A stretch of 64,000 nucleotides of DNA from an uncultured Rhodospirillales bacterium (GTDB taxonomy: Bacteria; Pseudomonadota; Alphaproteobacteria; CACIAM-22H2). The stretch lies in NCBI GenBank assembly GCA_937926175.1, contig CALANV010000030.1, positions 64,451 through 128,450 on the forward strand. Direction: 5' to 3'. Numbering within the stretch: the stretch's first letter is position 1; each line of letters begins with the position of its first letter. Made by a program: the position numbers and the translations under genes. This document shows, piece after piece, positions 40,206 to 50,443 of this stretch. The notes beneath the pieces were generated by a model that ran no database searches, had not been told where the DNA came from, and was given only the letters and a program-made list of their open reading frames with translations.

Positions 40206-41258
40206 TTGCACGAGGTGATCCACAAACGACGCCCCTGGCTGTCGCCGCTCGCCCGCCGGCGGCTGGCCAATTTCCGCGCGAACCGTCGCGGGTTCTGGTC
40301 GCTGTGGATCTTCCTGCTGCTCTTCACGGTATCGCTGTTCGCCGAGTTCATCGCCAACGACAAGCCGATCCTCGTTCGCTACGACGGCGCGTTCTACATG
40401 CCGATCTTCAGGTCGTATCCCGAGACGACCTTCGGCGGCGAATTTCCGACCGAGGCGGATTACCGCGATCCCTACGTGATCGAGCTGATCCAGGAAAAGG
40501 GCTGGATGGTCTGGCCCCTCATTCCGTTCAGCTACAACACGATCAACTTCGACCTGCCGCAACCTGCGCCTTCGCCGCCGACATCCGTCAATTGGCTCGG
40601 CACCGACGACCAGGGCCGCGACGTGCTGGCGCGCCTCATCTACGGATTCCGGATCTCCGTCCTGTTCGGCCTGGCGCTGACGGTCCTGAGTTCGGTGATC
40701 GGCATCGTGGCCGGCGCCGTACAGGGCTATTTCGGCGGCTGGACCGACCTCCTGTTCCAGCGGTTCATCGAGATCTGGTCCGGCCTGCCGCAGCTGTACC
40801 TGCTGATCATCCTGGCCGCCTTCGTCCAACCGAACTTCTGGTGGCTGCTCGGACTTCTGCTCCTGTTCAGCTGGACCGGGCTCGTCGACGTCGTCAGGGC
40901 CGAGTTCCTGCGCGCGCGCAACTTCGACTATGTCCGCGCCGCCAAGGCGCTCGGGGCCAGCGACATCGTCATCATGTTCCGACACGTGCTGCCCAACGCG
41001 ATGGTCGCCACCCTGACCTTCCTTCCTTTCATCCTGTCGGGATCGATCGTCGCGCTGGTCTCGCTCGACTTCCTCGGCTTCGGGCTGCCCCCGGGTTCAC
41101 CGTCGCTGGGCGAGCTCCTGAACCAGGGCAAATCGAACCTGCAGGCGCCGTGGCTCGGCATCACGTCGTTCCTCGTCATCGCGCTCATCCTCACGCTGCT
41201 GGTGTTCATCGGCGAGGCCGTGCGCGATGCCTTCGACCCGCGCAAGGTGTTCAAGTGA
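40206..41258 (+). CDS. yejE: ABC transporter permease YejE
   Basis: DppC-like permease, probably with a TTG or GTG start 4 nt after the yejB stop. Confidence 0.85.
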   Translation: MHEVIHKRRPWLSPLARRRLANFRANRRGFWSLWIFLLLFTVSLFAEFIANDKPILVRYDGAFYMPIFRSYPETTFGGEFPTEADYRDPYVIELIQEKGWMVWPLIPFSYNTINFDLPQPAPSPPTSVNWLGTDDQGRDVLARLIYGFRISVLFGLALTVLSSVIGIVAGAVQGYFGGWTDLLFQRFIEIWSGLPQLYLLIILAAFVQPNFWWLLGLLLLFSWTGLVDVVRAEFLRARNFDYVRAAKALGASDIVIMFRHVLPNAMVATLTFLPFILSGSIVALVSLDFLGFGLPPGSPSLGELLNQGKSNLQAPWLGITSFLVIALILTLLVFIGEAVRDAFDPRKVFK

Positions 41259-41285
41259 GCGCCGCTTCCGGAGAGCAGAACGTCG

Positions 41286-42926
41286 ATGGCTGAAACCACC
41301 CCCCTGCTGCGCGTGCGCGATCTTTCCGTGACCTTCGACGTCGGTCGCGATCGGACGTTCACGGCCGTCGATCGCATCTCGTTCCAGCTCGACCGCGGCG
41401 AGACGCTGGCCCTTGTCGGCGAATCCGGGTCGGGCAAGTCGGTCACGGCGCTGTCGATCCTCCAGCTCCTGCCCTATCCGCTGGCGCGGCATCCGGCCGG
41501 TAGCTCCATCACGTTCCGCGGCGAGGAGCTGGTCGGCGCGCCGGAATCGCGCCTGCGCGCGATCCGCGGCGACCGCATCGCGATGATCTTCCAGGAGCCG
41601 ATGACCTCGCTGAATCCGCTCCACACGATCGAGAAGCAGATCGGCGAGACGCTGCTGATTCACAAAGGACTGTCGGGGACGGCGGCGCGGGCCCGGATCA
41701 TCGAGCTGCTCCGCCTCGTCGGCCTCGGCGCGCAGGCGGAGGCCCGGCTCGGTGCCTATCCGCACCAGCTCTCGGGCGGCCAGCGTCAGCGCGTCATGAT
41801 CGCCATGGCGCTCGCCAACGAACCCGACCTCCTGATCGCCGACGAACCGACCACGGCGGTGGACGTCACGATTCAGGCCCAGCTGCTGCAGCTCCTGCAG
41901 GACCTGCAGGCACGGCTCGGCATGGCCATGCTGTTCATCACCCACGACCTGGGCATCGTGCGCAAGATCGCCCACCGCGTCTGCGTGATGCAGGCGGGGC
42001 GCATCGTCGAGGAAGGCCGCGTGGCGGACGTGTTCGAGCGGCCGCAGCACGCGTATACCCGTCACCTGCTGGCGGCCGAGCCCAAGGGCAATCCGGCGCC
42101 GCGCCCGCCGGATGCGCGCACGATCGTCGCGGCACGGGACGTGCGCGTATGGTTCCCGATCAAGAAAGGTGTGTTCAAGCGCACCGTCGGCCACGTGAAG
42201 GCGGTCGACGGCGTCAGCGTCACGATCAAGGAAGGCCAAACGCTGGGCGTCGTCGGCGAGTCCGGCTCGGGCAAGACGACGCTGGGCCTGGCGCTGCTCC
42301 GGCTCGAATCCTCGACGGGCGACATCACGTTCGACGGCCGCGACATCCGGGCCCTTCGCACCCGCCAGCTCCGCCCGCTGCGCCGCGAGATGCAGATCGT
42401 GTTTCAGGACCCGTTCGGCAGCCTGAGTCCACGCCTCTCGGTCGGCGAGATCATCGCGGAGGGGCTGAAGATCCACGGCATCGGCACGGCGGCGGAGCGC
42501 GAGGCCATGATCATCGAGGCGCTGCGTGAGGTCCGGCTCGATCCCGAGACGCGCCACCGCTATCCGCACGAATTCTCGGGCGGGCAGCGCCAGCGCATCG
42601 CGATCGCCCGCGCCCTCGTGCTCAAGCCGCGTTTCATCGTTCTCGACGAGCCGACCTCCGCGCTCGACATGTCGGTCCAGGCGCAGATCGTCGACCTGCT
42701 GCGCGAGCTGCAGAACCGGCACCGCCTCGCCTACATGTTCATCAGCCATGACCTGCGGGTGGTCCGCGCGCTTGCCGACGAGGTCATGGTCCTCAAGGAC
42801 GGCAAGGTCGTCGAATACGGCCCGGCCGCACAGATCTTCGAAGCGCCGCGCGAGCCCTATACGCGAGCCCTGATGGCCGCCGCATTCGCGCTCGAAGCCG
42901 TCGAGGGCGACGCCGTCAGGACTTGA
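41286..42926 (+). CDS. yejF: ABC transporter ATPase YejF with duplicated ATP-binding domains
   Basis: Two Walker A motifs (GESGSGKS twice) and two LSGGQRQR signatures. 546 aa. Confidence 0.9.
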   Translation: MAETTPLLRVRDLSVTFDVGRDRTFTAVDRISFQLDRGETLALVGESGSGKSVTALSILQLLPYPLARHPAGSSITFRGEELVGAPESRLRAIRGDRIAMIFQEPMTSLNPLHTIEKQIGETLLIHKGLSGTAARARIIELLRLVGLGAQAEARLGAYPHQLSGGQRQRVMIAMALANEPDLLIADEPTTAVDVTIQAQLLQLLQDLQARLGMAMLFITHDLGIVRKIAHRVCVMQAGRIVEEGRVADVFERPQHAYTRHLLAAEPKGNPAPRPPDARTIVAARDVRVWFPIKKGVFKRTVGHVKAVDGVSVTIKEGQTLGVVGESGSGKTTLGLALLRLESSTGDITFDGRDIRALRTRQLRPLRREMQIVFQDPFGSLSPRLSVGEIIAEGLKIHGIGTAAEREAMIIEALREVRLDPETRHRYPHEFSGGQRQRIAIARALVLKPRFIVLDEPTSALDMSVQAQIVDLLRELQNRHRLAYMFISHDLRVVRALADEVMVLKDGKVVEYGPAAQIFEAPREPYTRALMAAAFALEAVEGDAVRT

Positions 42927-42973
42927 GGCCGGGCGGTACGATGCGCCGCCGACGCCTGCCGGAAGCGGCCCGG

Positions 42974-43513
42974 CTATCGGGCGCTGATCACGCCGCAGGC
43001 GATTCGGGCGCCGGCACCGCCGATCGGCTGCGCCATGTGGTCGTCGCGGTTCTCGTGGATGAGGATCGCCGCGCCGTCGCTGTCGAGCAGAGCCGGCGAG
43101 CCGTTGCCGTCGAGCGACACCAGGGTGGTAAACATCTCCGCCCGCGCCGTGCCGTCGCCGGCCGCGAAGATGTTTGGCAGATCGCCATTGTCCGGGCCCC
43201 GTGGATTCAACAGCCCGTGCGCCTTGCTGCCGGGGTTGATGTGTCCCTTCGAGGCCTGAAAGCCCTCGGCATGATCGTCACAGGTGCCGACATTATGAAT
43301 GTGAACGCCGTGCGGCCCGGGCGGCAGATCGCGCAGTTCGAGATAGATGAGCACACCGTTCGGCCCCTGTGTCAGGTCGGCATGGCCGATCGCACGGCCC
43401 TGACGATCCTTGAACTCGGCCCGCGCGGTCTGCGCCGCCGCATCGGTAATCATCGACATGGTTCCCATCAGGACAGCCAGAGCGCACGCAAACGCGATGC
43501 CGCGTTTCAGCAT
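42974..43513 (-). CDS. sodC: superoxide dismutase [Cu-Zn], periplasmic
   Basis: 179 aa with a signal peptide and the Cu/Zn-binding His cluster (GPHGVHIHNVGTCDD...GHIN...HENRDD) and a conserved Cys pair. The long ORF 42974..44494 in the track is an N-terminal over-extension. Confidence 0.9.
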   Translation of the reverse strand: MLKRGIAFACALAVLMGTMSMITDAAAQTARAEFKDRQGRAIGHADLTQGPNGVLIYLELRDLPPGPHGVHIHNVGTCDDHAEGFQASKGHINPGSKAHGLLNPRGPDNGDLPNIFAAGDGTARAEMFTTLVSLDGNGSPALLDSDGAAILIHENRDDHMAQPIGGAGARIACGVISAR

Positions 43514-43675
43514 GGAATTCTCCTTTCGGCCCGGATCGATGCCGGCGCCCCCCCGACCGGCCGCTCTTTGCGACGCTAGCAGGGCCGGACCGGGTTGACC
43601 AGATATGGCCATGCTCTCCAATGGACGATCCGGCGCGAACCAAGTACCCTCTCGCGCCAGCAAGGATTTGCACCC

Positions 43676-44608
43676 GTGCCGACACTCCTGTTCTCGTCTC
43701 AGGTCGACGACCCTGCCGCATGGACGCGGGCGCTCAAGCGCAACATGCCGGAATTGGAAATCCGCGTGTGGCCCGAGGTCGGCGACGTGCGCGACATCGA
43801 TGTCGCCCTGGTCTGGCGCTATCCGCCGGGCGATCTCCGCCGCTACCCGAACCTGAAGCTGATCTACTCCCTGGGCGCCGGCGTCGATCACCTCCTGGAC
43901 GATCCCGACCTTCCGACCGGCGTGCCGATCGCGCGCATCGTCGACCCGGCGCTGACCGACGGCATGAGCGAGTACGTATTGCTCGCCGTCCTGCGCTATC
44001 ACCGACGCCTTCCCGAGTACGAACGGCTCCAGCGCGAACGGCAGTGGAAGAAGCTCCCGCAGCCCAGCGCGGTCGAGCGGCGCATCGGCATTCTCGGCAT
44101 GGGCGAACTGGGAAGGGACGTCGGCATCAAGCTCGCGGCACTCGGCTTTCGCGTTGCCGGCTGGAGCCGGCGGCCGAAGAAGATCATGGGTATCGAGAGT
44201 TTCGCCGGCGAAGACGCGCTGCCCGCCTTTCTCGCGCGGACGGACATTCTCGTCTGTCTGCTGCCGTTGACGCCGGAGACACGGGGCATCATCAACGCAC
44301 ATACGCTCGCGCAGTTGTCGCGCGGCGCCTATGTCATCAACGCCGCACGCGGCGGGCATGTCGTCGACGCCGATCTCATCGCCGCGCTCGACTCGGGCCA
44401 CATCGCCGGCGCGACGCTCGACGTCTTCACGCCGGAGCCGCTGCCGCCGACGCATCCCTACTGGACGCATCCCAAGGTCACGGTGACGCCGCATATCGCC
44501 AGCCTGACCAACCCGGAGACGGCCAGCGTACAGATCGCCGCGAACATCAGAAGGCTATTTGCCGGGCGGCCGCTCAGGCATCTCGTCGACCGCATGGCCG
44601 GCTATTGA
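43676..44608 (+). CDS. ghrA: D-isomer-specific 2-hydroxyacid dehydrogenase (glyoxylate/hydroxypyruvate reductase A-like)
   Basis: NAD-binding GxGxxG motif (GILGMGELGRDVG) and the catalytic Arg/Glu/His context (...ARGGHVVD...HIAS). Likely GTG start. Confidence 0.8.
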   Translation: MPTLLFSSQVDDPAAWTRALKRNMPELEIRVWPEVGDVRDIDVALVWRYPPGDLRRYPNLKLIYSLGAGVDHLLDDPDLPTGVPIARIVDPALTDGMSEYVLLAVLRYHRRLPEYERLQRERQWKKLPQPSAVERRIGILGMGELGRDVGIKLAALGFRVAGWSRRPKKIMGIESFAGEDALPAFLARTDILVCLLPLTPETRGIINAHTLAQLSRGAYVINAARGGHVVDADLIAALDSGHIAGATLDVFTPEPLPPTHPYWTHPKVTVTPHIASLTNPETASVQIAANIRRLFAGRPLRHLVDRMAGY

Positions 44609-44644
44609 GGTGCAGCCCCGAGTCGGCCGGACGTCAGACGCGTC

Positions 44645-45664
44645 TCAGCGGCGCACGTTGTTCGTCAGCTTCCATTCGCTGCGCTGGATATAGTGCTGTG
44701 CGACGAAACGATAGGTCGCGCGCACCAGATTCTCGAGCTCCTCGCCCCGCTCCAGCTTGATCTCCTGCCATTTCGCGATCAGATCGTCCCATTGCATGAG
44801 ACGGTGGTGAAGATCGTCGCGGTTCTGGCGGATGAATGCGATCTGCTCGTCGATCTTCCGCAGCATCATCAGGATTTCGCACGTATTCGCGTCGATCAGG
44901 CCGAAAGCCGTCTGGAACTCGGCCTCGGGCCGACGCATGAGCGTGAGGACGCGGACGATCTCCTCGGTCACGGTCCGCTCGCGCTTGTAGAGCGAAGCGG
45001 TCTGCCCGAGCCGTGTGAGGATCATGCGCACCGCGCCGAAACGCTCGCGCAGCGCTTCGATATAGGCAAGCTCGCGCGCAAGCGTCTCGAACCGGTCGAC
45101 GACCTCGTCGCGGCGCTCACGACCGAGTCCGAGCTTTTCGGCCGCCTCGTCGAACGCCTTCTGGACGCGCTTCTTGGTCTGCGGATCCTCGGCCAGCATC
45201 TCGAGCTGCTCTGCGTCGAGATGTGCCATTTCGCCGCCGCTGAGCCACGCGGCGAGCTGAACGCTCAGACGGTTGCGGGCGATCGTGCGATGCCGTTCCT
45301 CGACCGTCCACGAGCAGCTTCCGTCGAGCAGCTCGTTGGGAATCGAGTCGTTCGGGCGGATCTCCTTGACGAAGCGCAGGCTGTCACCGACCAGGCTGAG
45401 CAGCCGGCCGTCATGGCTGTCGGGCGTAATGCCGAACTCGTTCATCAGCGACGGCAGCGAGATGCCGCATCGTAGATCGCCGATCTCGACGTGATAGAGC
45501 GGCTCGCCGCCATCGGGTGCCATGCGAAACACGCCGCCGCGGATGCTGAAGACCTTGTGCTGGAAGTTGAAATGCGTGCTGTGCACGGACGAGGCCGCAA
45601 CGGCACCACCACCGGTCGACGCCTGCCCCTCGCGATCAGGTTCTGCTGTCCGTTGCATCGTCAC
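44645..45664 (-). CDS. hypothetical protein (339 aa)
   Basis: Long ORF with coding-like composition and no recognisable motif. It has a Gly/Ser-rich N-terminus and is mostly helical and charged. Confidence 0.45.
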   Translation of the reverse strand: MTMQRTAEPDREGQASTGGGAVAASSVHSTHFNFQHKVFSIRGGVFRMAPDGGEPLYHVEIGDLRCGISLPSLMNEFGITPDSHDGRLLSLVGDSLRFVKEIRPNDSIPNELLDGSCSWTVEERHRTIARNRLSVQLAAWLSGGEMAHLDAEQLEMLAEDPQTKKRVQKAFDEAAEKLGLGRERRDEVVDRFETLARELAYIEALRERFGAVRMILTRLGQTASLYKRERTVTEEIVRVLTLMRRPEAEFQTAFGLIDANTCEILMMLRKIDEQIAFIRQNRDDLHHRLMQWDDLIAKWQEIKLERGEELENLVRATYRFVAQHYIQRSEWKLTNNVRR

Positions 45665-45777
45665 GTCGCAGTTTCCCTACGCGCCCGCCGGATGTTCCGG
45701 GCGTCGCCCGTACAGGAAATCCGGATTGTGTTAACAGAACGATAATGCGCGTTAAGGTCGCGTTCACACGTCGCCGT

Positions 45778-47178
45778 TCAGCGACGTGCCCGGCGGCCGA
45801 ACCGCTCGGCGATGACCGCAAAGACGGCGCGGACGGCCTGCATCTCGCCGCCTTCCGGCCGGCCCGGACGGGCCTGCGGGTTCCACGCGTAGATATCGAA
45901 ATGGGCCCAGGGGATGCCCTGTCCCACGAATTCCTGCAGAAACAGGGCGGCCGTAACGGCGCCGGCGAACGGCCCGTCGGAGACGTTGTTCAGGTCGGCA
46001 ATACGGCTGTCGAGCCGTTTGCGATAGGGCGCCCAGAGCGGCAGGCGCCAGACGGGATCGGCCTCCGCCGCCGCGTGGCGGGCGATATCGGCTGCAAGTT
46101 CGTCGTCGTTGGTGAAGAGGGCCGGCAGTTCGGGCCCGAGTGCGACGCGGGCCGCGCCCGTGAGCGTGGCAAAGTCGATCAGCAACGCCGGCCGCTCGTC
46201 CGACGCGTCGGCCAGGGCATCGGCGAGAATGAGCCGTCCCTCGGCGTCGGTGTTGCCGATCTCGATAGTCAGTCCCTTGCGGGAGCGGATGACGTCGAGC
46301 GGGCGCATCGCATTGCCGGCGACCGCATTGTCGACCGCGGGCACGAGGACGCGAAGACGGACGGGAAGCTTCGCCTCGACGATCATGCGCGCGAGCCCCA
46401 GCGCGTGCGCGGCACCGCCCATGTCCTTCTTCATGATCTTCATCGCCGACTCGGGCTTGAGGTCAAGGCCCCCGGTATCGAAGCAGACGCCCTTGCCGAC
46501 GATGGTGACGCGCGGATGATCGGCCCGGCCCCAGCGCAGGTCGATGAGCCGCGGCGCGCGTGGGCTCGCGCGACCGACCGCGTAGATCAGCGGATAGTTC
46601 CGCGCCTTGAGCGCCTCGCCCTCGATGACGATGGCTTTCATGCCGAGCCGGCGGGCCATGTCGCGCGCCGCGCGGGCCAGCTCGCCGGGCCCCATGTCCT
46701 CGGCCGGCGTGTTGATCAGGTCGCGCACGAAGGTGCTCGCCTCGACCGTCCGCTCGACATGGGCACGGTTGGCGTGCGCCGGCCAGACGAGTTCCGCGGG
46801 CGCCCGGGTCGCACGCCGGTAGCGCGTAAAGGCATAGGCGCCGAGTCCCCAGCCCAGCGCGAAGCGCGTCGCCGCCGGCGCCTCGGGCTCCGTCGCCAGC
46901 CGGTATGATCCGGCGGGCAGCCGTCCCGGCAACCCGGCGGCCGTCCAGAGATCGTCGTTGCCGCCATCACCTGCCATGCCGACCAGCACGCCGGCCGGAC
47001 CGCCGTCGCGGCCGGGGATGAGGCACAGTTCACCCGCCGCCGCCTTGAAGCCGCTGCCCTCCACCCAGCGGCGTTGCGCGTCCGTCGCCCGTTCGAGCCA
47101 GCCGGGCAGGTCCCGTCGGGCGAGGAGCGTCAGTGTCTTCGTCTGTGCATTGGGCTTGGCGCGAAACGGCAGCGGCAA
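45778..47178 (-). CDS. pepA: leucyl aminopeptidase (M17 family)
   Basis: M17 catalytic-domain signature NTDAEGRL and the metal ligands (VGKGVCFDTGG). Confidence 0.85.
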   Translation of the reverse strand: MPLPFRAKPNAQTKTLTLLARRDLPGWLERATDAQRRWVEGSGFKAAAGELCLIPGRDGGPAGVLVGMAGDGGNDDLWTAAGLPGRLPAGSYRLATEPEAPAATRFALGWGLGAYAFTRYRRATRAPAELVWPAHANRAHVERTVEASTFVRDLINTPAEDMGPGELARAARDMARRLGMKAIVIEGEALKARNYPLIYAVGRASPRAPRLIDLRWGRADHPRVTIVGKGVCFDTGGLDLKPESAMKIMKKDMGGAAHALGLARMIVEAKLPVRLRVLVPAVDNAVAGNAMRPLDVIRSRKGLTIEIGNTDAEGRLILADALADASDERPALLIDFATLTGAARVALGPELPALFTNDDELAADIARHAAAEADPVWRLPLWAPYRKRLDSRIADLNNVSDGPFAGAVTAALFLQEFVGQGIPWAHFDIYAWNPQARPGRPEGGEMQAVRAVFAVIAERFGRRARR

Positions 47179-47294
47179 TGGCTTACTCCTGGTCGTCGAA
47201 TGATTTATGGGCCAAAACTGCCGGAAAACGGCGCATTCGACCAGTCACTTGCGGCACTTGCGCCGGTGCCGCGGCCGTGCCTAAGGTTCGCGCC

Positions 47295-47957
47295 ATGACG
47301 GATTTCACCCTTTTCATCGGCAACAAGACGTATTCGTCGTGGTCGCTGCGCGGCTGGCTCGCCTGCAAGATCGCCGGCATCGCATTCGACGAGGTCGTCA
47401 TCCCACTGTCCCGGCCGGAGACGGCCGTCGAGATCCGCAAGCACTCGCCGTCCGGCAAGGTGCCGGCCCTGCGACACGGGTCCAACCTGATCTGGGAGTC
47501 GCTCGCCATCGGCGAATACCTGGCCGAGATCGCGCCGGCGGCCGGCCTGTGGCCGGCGGATGCCGCGGCACGGGCGCACGCCCGGACGATCAGCGCCGAG
47601 ATGCATGCCGGTTTCGCCGATCTGCGGCGGAACATGTGGATGAACACGCGCCGGACGTTTCCCGGCAAGGGACGCACGCCCGAGGCGCTGGCCGACATCG
47701 AGCGCATCTGCGCGATCTGGCGCGACACGCGGGCACGCTTCGGTCAGGATGGCCCCTGGCTGTTCGGCCGTCATTTCTGCTTTGCCGACGCGATGTTCGC
47801 ACCGGTGGTCAGCCGGTTCGTCACCTGGCAACCGCCGCTGCCCGATGACGCGACGGCTTATGTCGTGGCCGTGTGGGATCACCCGTTCATGCAGGAATGG
47901 CGACGCGGGGCCGAGGCGGAGCCCTGGATCATCGACAAGTACGAGAATCCGGCCTAA
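47295..47957 (+). CDS. glutathione S-transferase
   Basis: The GST N-terminal thioredoxin-like fold (FIGNKTYSSWSLRGWL) and the C-terminal helical domain are both present. 220 aa. Confidence 0.85.
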   Translation: MTDFTLFIGNKTYSSWSLRGWLACKIAGIAFDEVVIPLSRPETAVEIRKHSPSGKVPALRHGSNLIWESLAIGEYLAEIAPAAGLWPADAAARAHARTISAEMHAGFADLRRNMWMNTRRTFPGKGRTPEALADIERICAIWRDTRARFGQDGPWLFGRHFCFADAMFAPVVSRFVTWQPPLPDDATAYVVAVWDHPFMQEWRRGAEAEPWIIDKYENPA

Positions 47958-47982
47958 CGGACCGGATCCCGGCCGACCGCCG

Positions 47983-49029
47983 TCAGCGGATCACCCCCTC
48001 TTCGAAATAGTAGAGCGCCGCGCCTGAATGAACGGGAAGTGCAACGCCGTCGAGGGCGTCCTCGGGCCGGATCAGGCGGCCATAGGGATGGCCGGTATCG
48101 AGTGCGCGGCGGTTGTTGGGATGGAACAGGGCGCGCGTCAGGCCATAGACGATCTTTTCGTCCACTTCGGCACCGACCACCCATAGCACGCCGACGCTGA
48201 GGGAGGGGGTTGCGCCGATGCCCTGATAGGTCTCTTCCGGAATGACGGTTTCGGTGAGGAAGGGAAACGCCCCGCGCAGCTTGCGCGCCTCGGCACCGTC
48301 GATCGGAACCAGGGCGATCTCGCCGGTACCGGCGAGATCGCGGACCGTTTGAGCCGGAACGCCCGACATCAGGAAGAATGCGTCGAGCTTCCCCTCGTGG
48401 AGCGCTTCGGCGGCCTCGGTCGGCGGCAGGAACTGTACCTTGAGATCGCGCTCGGCGATACCAAGCGTCTGCAGCATGGCCCGCGCCGTGACCAGGGTCG
48501 GCGAGTTCCGCTCGCCGAGCGACACGCGCTTGCCCCGCAGCCGGCGGAACTCGTCGATGTTCGAGTCGGACCGGACCACGATGTGCATGGTCTCGGGATA
48601 GAGATTGGCGATGGCCCGCAGGTTCGACACGGCCCCTTGGCGCCGGAACATGCCGGTCCCGTGGAAGGCCCAGTACGCGATGTCGGCCTGGCACAGCCCC
48701 GACTCGAGCTGCCCCTTCGCGATCATCTCGATGTTGGCGGTGACTCCCGTTGTCGACTGCGTCACCGCGATCAGGCCGGGCACGCCGCAGCTGCCGCCGC
48801 GTTCACATTCCCGGGCGCCCGGCGGCGAGCTGACGATGTTGCCGATCAGGGTACCGACCGCGAAGTAGCTGCTGTCGACGGGACCGGTCGCGATCCGGAA
48901 AAACCGCGCCTCCTGTGCCAACGCAGCCGCTTGGGCGATCGGCCACGGCGAAAGTGCCGCCATTAGGGCGCCACCCCCGCCCGCCATGAACGCCCGCCGC
49001 GTAAGCGTCATTGCTGCCCGTCGTAGCAC
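47983..49029 (-). CDS. TAXI-family TRAP transporter solute-binding protein with a Tat/Sec signal
   Basis: The N-terminus is RRAFMAGGGGALMAA. The TAXI-like core is RIATGPVDSSYFAVG ... ANIEMIAKGQLESGLCQADIAYWA ... LRAIANLYPETMHIVVRSDSNI ... GKRVSLGERNSPT ... GKLDAFFLMSGVPAQTV ... IALVPI. Confidence 0.65.
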   Translation of the reverse strand: MLRRAAMTLTRRAFMAGGGGALMAALSPWPIAQAAALAQEARFFRIATGPVDSSYFAVGTLIGNIVSSPPGARECERGGSCGVPGLIAVTQSTTGVTANIEMIAKGQLESGLCQADIAYWAFHGTGMFRRQGAVSNLRAIANLYPETMHIVVRSDSNIDEFRRLRGKRVSLGERNSPTLVTARAMLQTLGIAERDLKVQFLPPTEAAEALHEGKLDAFFLMSGVPAQTVRDLAGTGEIALVPIDGAEARKLRGAFPFLTETVIPEETYQGIGATPSLSVGVLWVVGAEVDEKIVYGLTRALFHPNNRRALDTGHPYGRLIRPEDALDGVALPVHSGAALYYFEEGVIR

Positions 49030-49128
49030 CGGTCGCCGGCCAGCGACCGGGGTGAATTCAAGCCGATGGCCCTTATGTACCGCGCACCTCCGGCGAATTG
49101 AAGCCGGTTGTCACGCGCGCGCACCGGT

Positions 49129-50436
49129 TCAGCGCGTTGCCATCATTTTCTGTGGCAAATAGGTCACGATTTCGGGGAACACCGTAATGAGGCAAACGGC
49201 GACGACCATCAGAAGAAAGAGCGGCAGGGCGGCGCGGGCGATGTAGGTGATCTGGTGCCCCGTCATGCCCTGCAGCACGAACAGGTTGAACCCGATCGGG
49301 GGCGTGATCTGGGCCATTTCGACGACCACGACCACGAAAATGCCGAACCAGATCAGATCCAGACCGGCGCGCTCCACCGTAGGCAGCACGACCGCCATCG
49401 TCAGCACGACCATTGAGATGCCGTCGAGGAAACACCCCAGGACGATATAGAAAACGGTCAGCGCCGCGATCAGCATCCACGGCGAGAGGTCGAGCGAGTC
49501 GATCCATTCGGCAAGGGACCGCGGCAATCCGGTGAAGCCCATGGCGAGAGTCAAAAACGCCGCCCCCGCAAGGATGAGCGCGATCATGCACGACAGCCGC
49601 GTCGCCCCCATGAGCCCTTCGACGAAGCTCTTGCGGTCCAGCGTGCCCTGGGCCGCCGAAATCGCCAGCGCCGCGACCACCCCGATCGCCGCCGCCTCGG
49701 TCGCGGTGGCGATGCCGGTATAGATCGACCCCAACACGAGGGCGATCAGCGCCACGGCCGGGATCAGATGGCGTGCCGCATGGATGCGTTCGCCAAGCGA
49801 CATGCGCATGTCCGCGCCGGGGATCCGGTCCGGGTTGAGCAAGGCCCAGACGACGACGTAGCCCATGAAGAGCGCGGTGAGCAGCAGACCGGGCAGCACG
49901 CCGGCGATGAAAAGCTGCGCGATCGAGACGTTCGCCGTCACGCCGTAGACGATCATGATGATCGACGGCGGGATGAGCAGGCCGAGCGTGCCGGCCCCCG
50001 CCAGCGTGCCGACCGTCAAGATTTCGGGATAGCCACGCTTGCGCAGTTCCGGAATCGTCATCTTGCCGATCGTGGCGCAGGTCGCCGCGGAGGAACCGGA
50101 GATCGCCGCAAAGATGGTGCAGCCGATGACATTGGTATGCAGCAGGCGGCCTGGCAGGCCCGTCATCCACGGGGCAAGGCCGCGGAACATGTCCTCCGAC
50201 AGCTTCGAGCGGAACAGGATTTCGCCCATCCAGATGAAGAGCGGCAGCGCGGTGAGCGTCCAGCTCGAGCTTGCGCCCCAGATGGTCGTGACCATCGCGT
50301 CGCCGATGGGCCGGCTGGTGAACAGCTCCATCGCCACCCAACCCACCCCCAGGAGCGACAGGCCGATCCAGACCCCGGAACCCAGGAGGAAGAACAGCAC
50401 CGCGAGGAAGACGAGGGTGAGCGCCAGGTGATCCAT
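49129..50436 (-). CDS. dctM: TRAP transporter large permease
   Basis: About 435 aa with 12 or more TM helices and conserved DctM motifs. I placed the start at MDHLALTL. The track ORF extends upstream into the dctQ end. Confidence 0.85.
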   Translation of the reverse strand: MDHLALTLVFLAVLFFLLGSGVWIGLSLLGVGWVAMELFTSRPIGDAMVTTIWGASSSWTLTALPLFIWMGEILFRSKLSEDMFRGLAPWMTGLPGRLLHTNVIGCTIFAAISGSSAATCATIGKMTIPELRKRGYPEILTVGTLAGAGTLGLLIPPSIIMIVYGVTANVSIAQLFIAGVLPGLLLTALFMGYVVVWALLNPDRIPGADMRMSLGERIHAARHLIPAVALIALVLGSIYTGIATATEAAAIGVVAALAISAAQGTLDRKSFVEGLMGATRLSCMIALILAGAAFLTLAMGFTGLPRSLAEWIDSLDLSPWMLIAALTVFYIVLGCFLDGISMVVLTMAVVLPTVERAGLDLIWFGIFVVVVVEMAQITPPIGFNLFVLQGMTGHQITYIARAALPLFLLMVVAVCLITVFPEIVTYLPQKMMATR

Positions 50437-50443
50437 GACGGCC

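Noticed and set aside
42974-44494. 506-aa minus-strand ORF spanning sodC and antisense to ghrA.
   Set aside because: Only the C-terminal 179 aa (from MLKRGIAF...) is Cu/Zn superoxide dismutase with a signal peptide. The upstream part is antisense to the well-supported ghrA gene.
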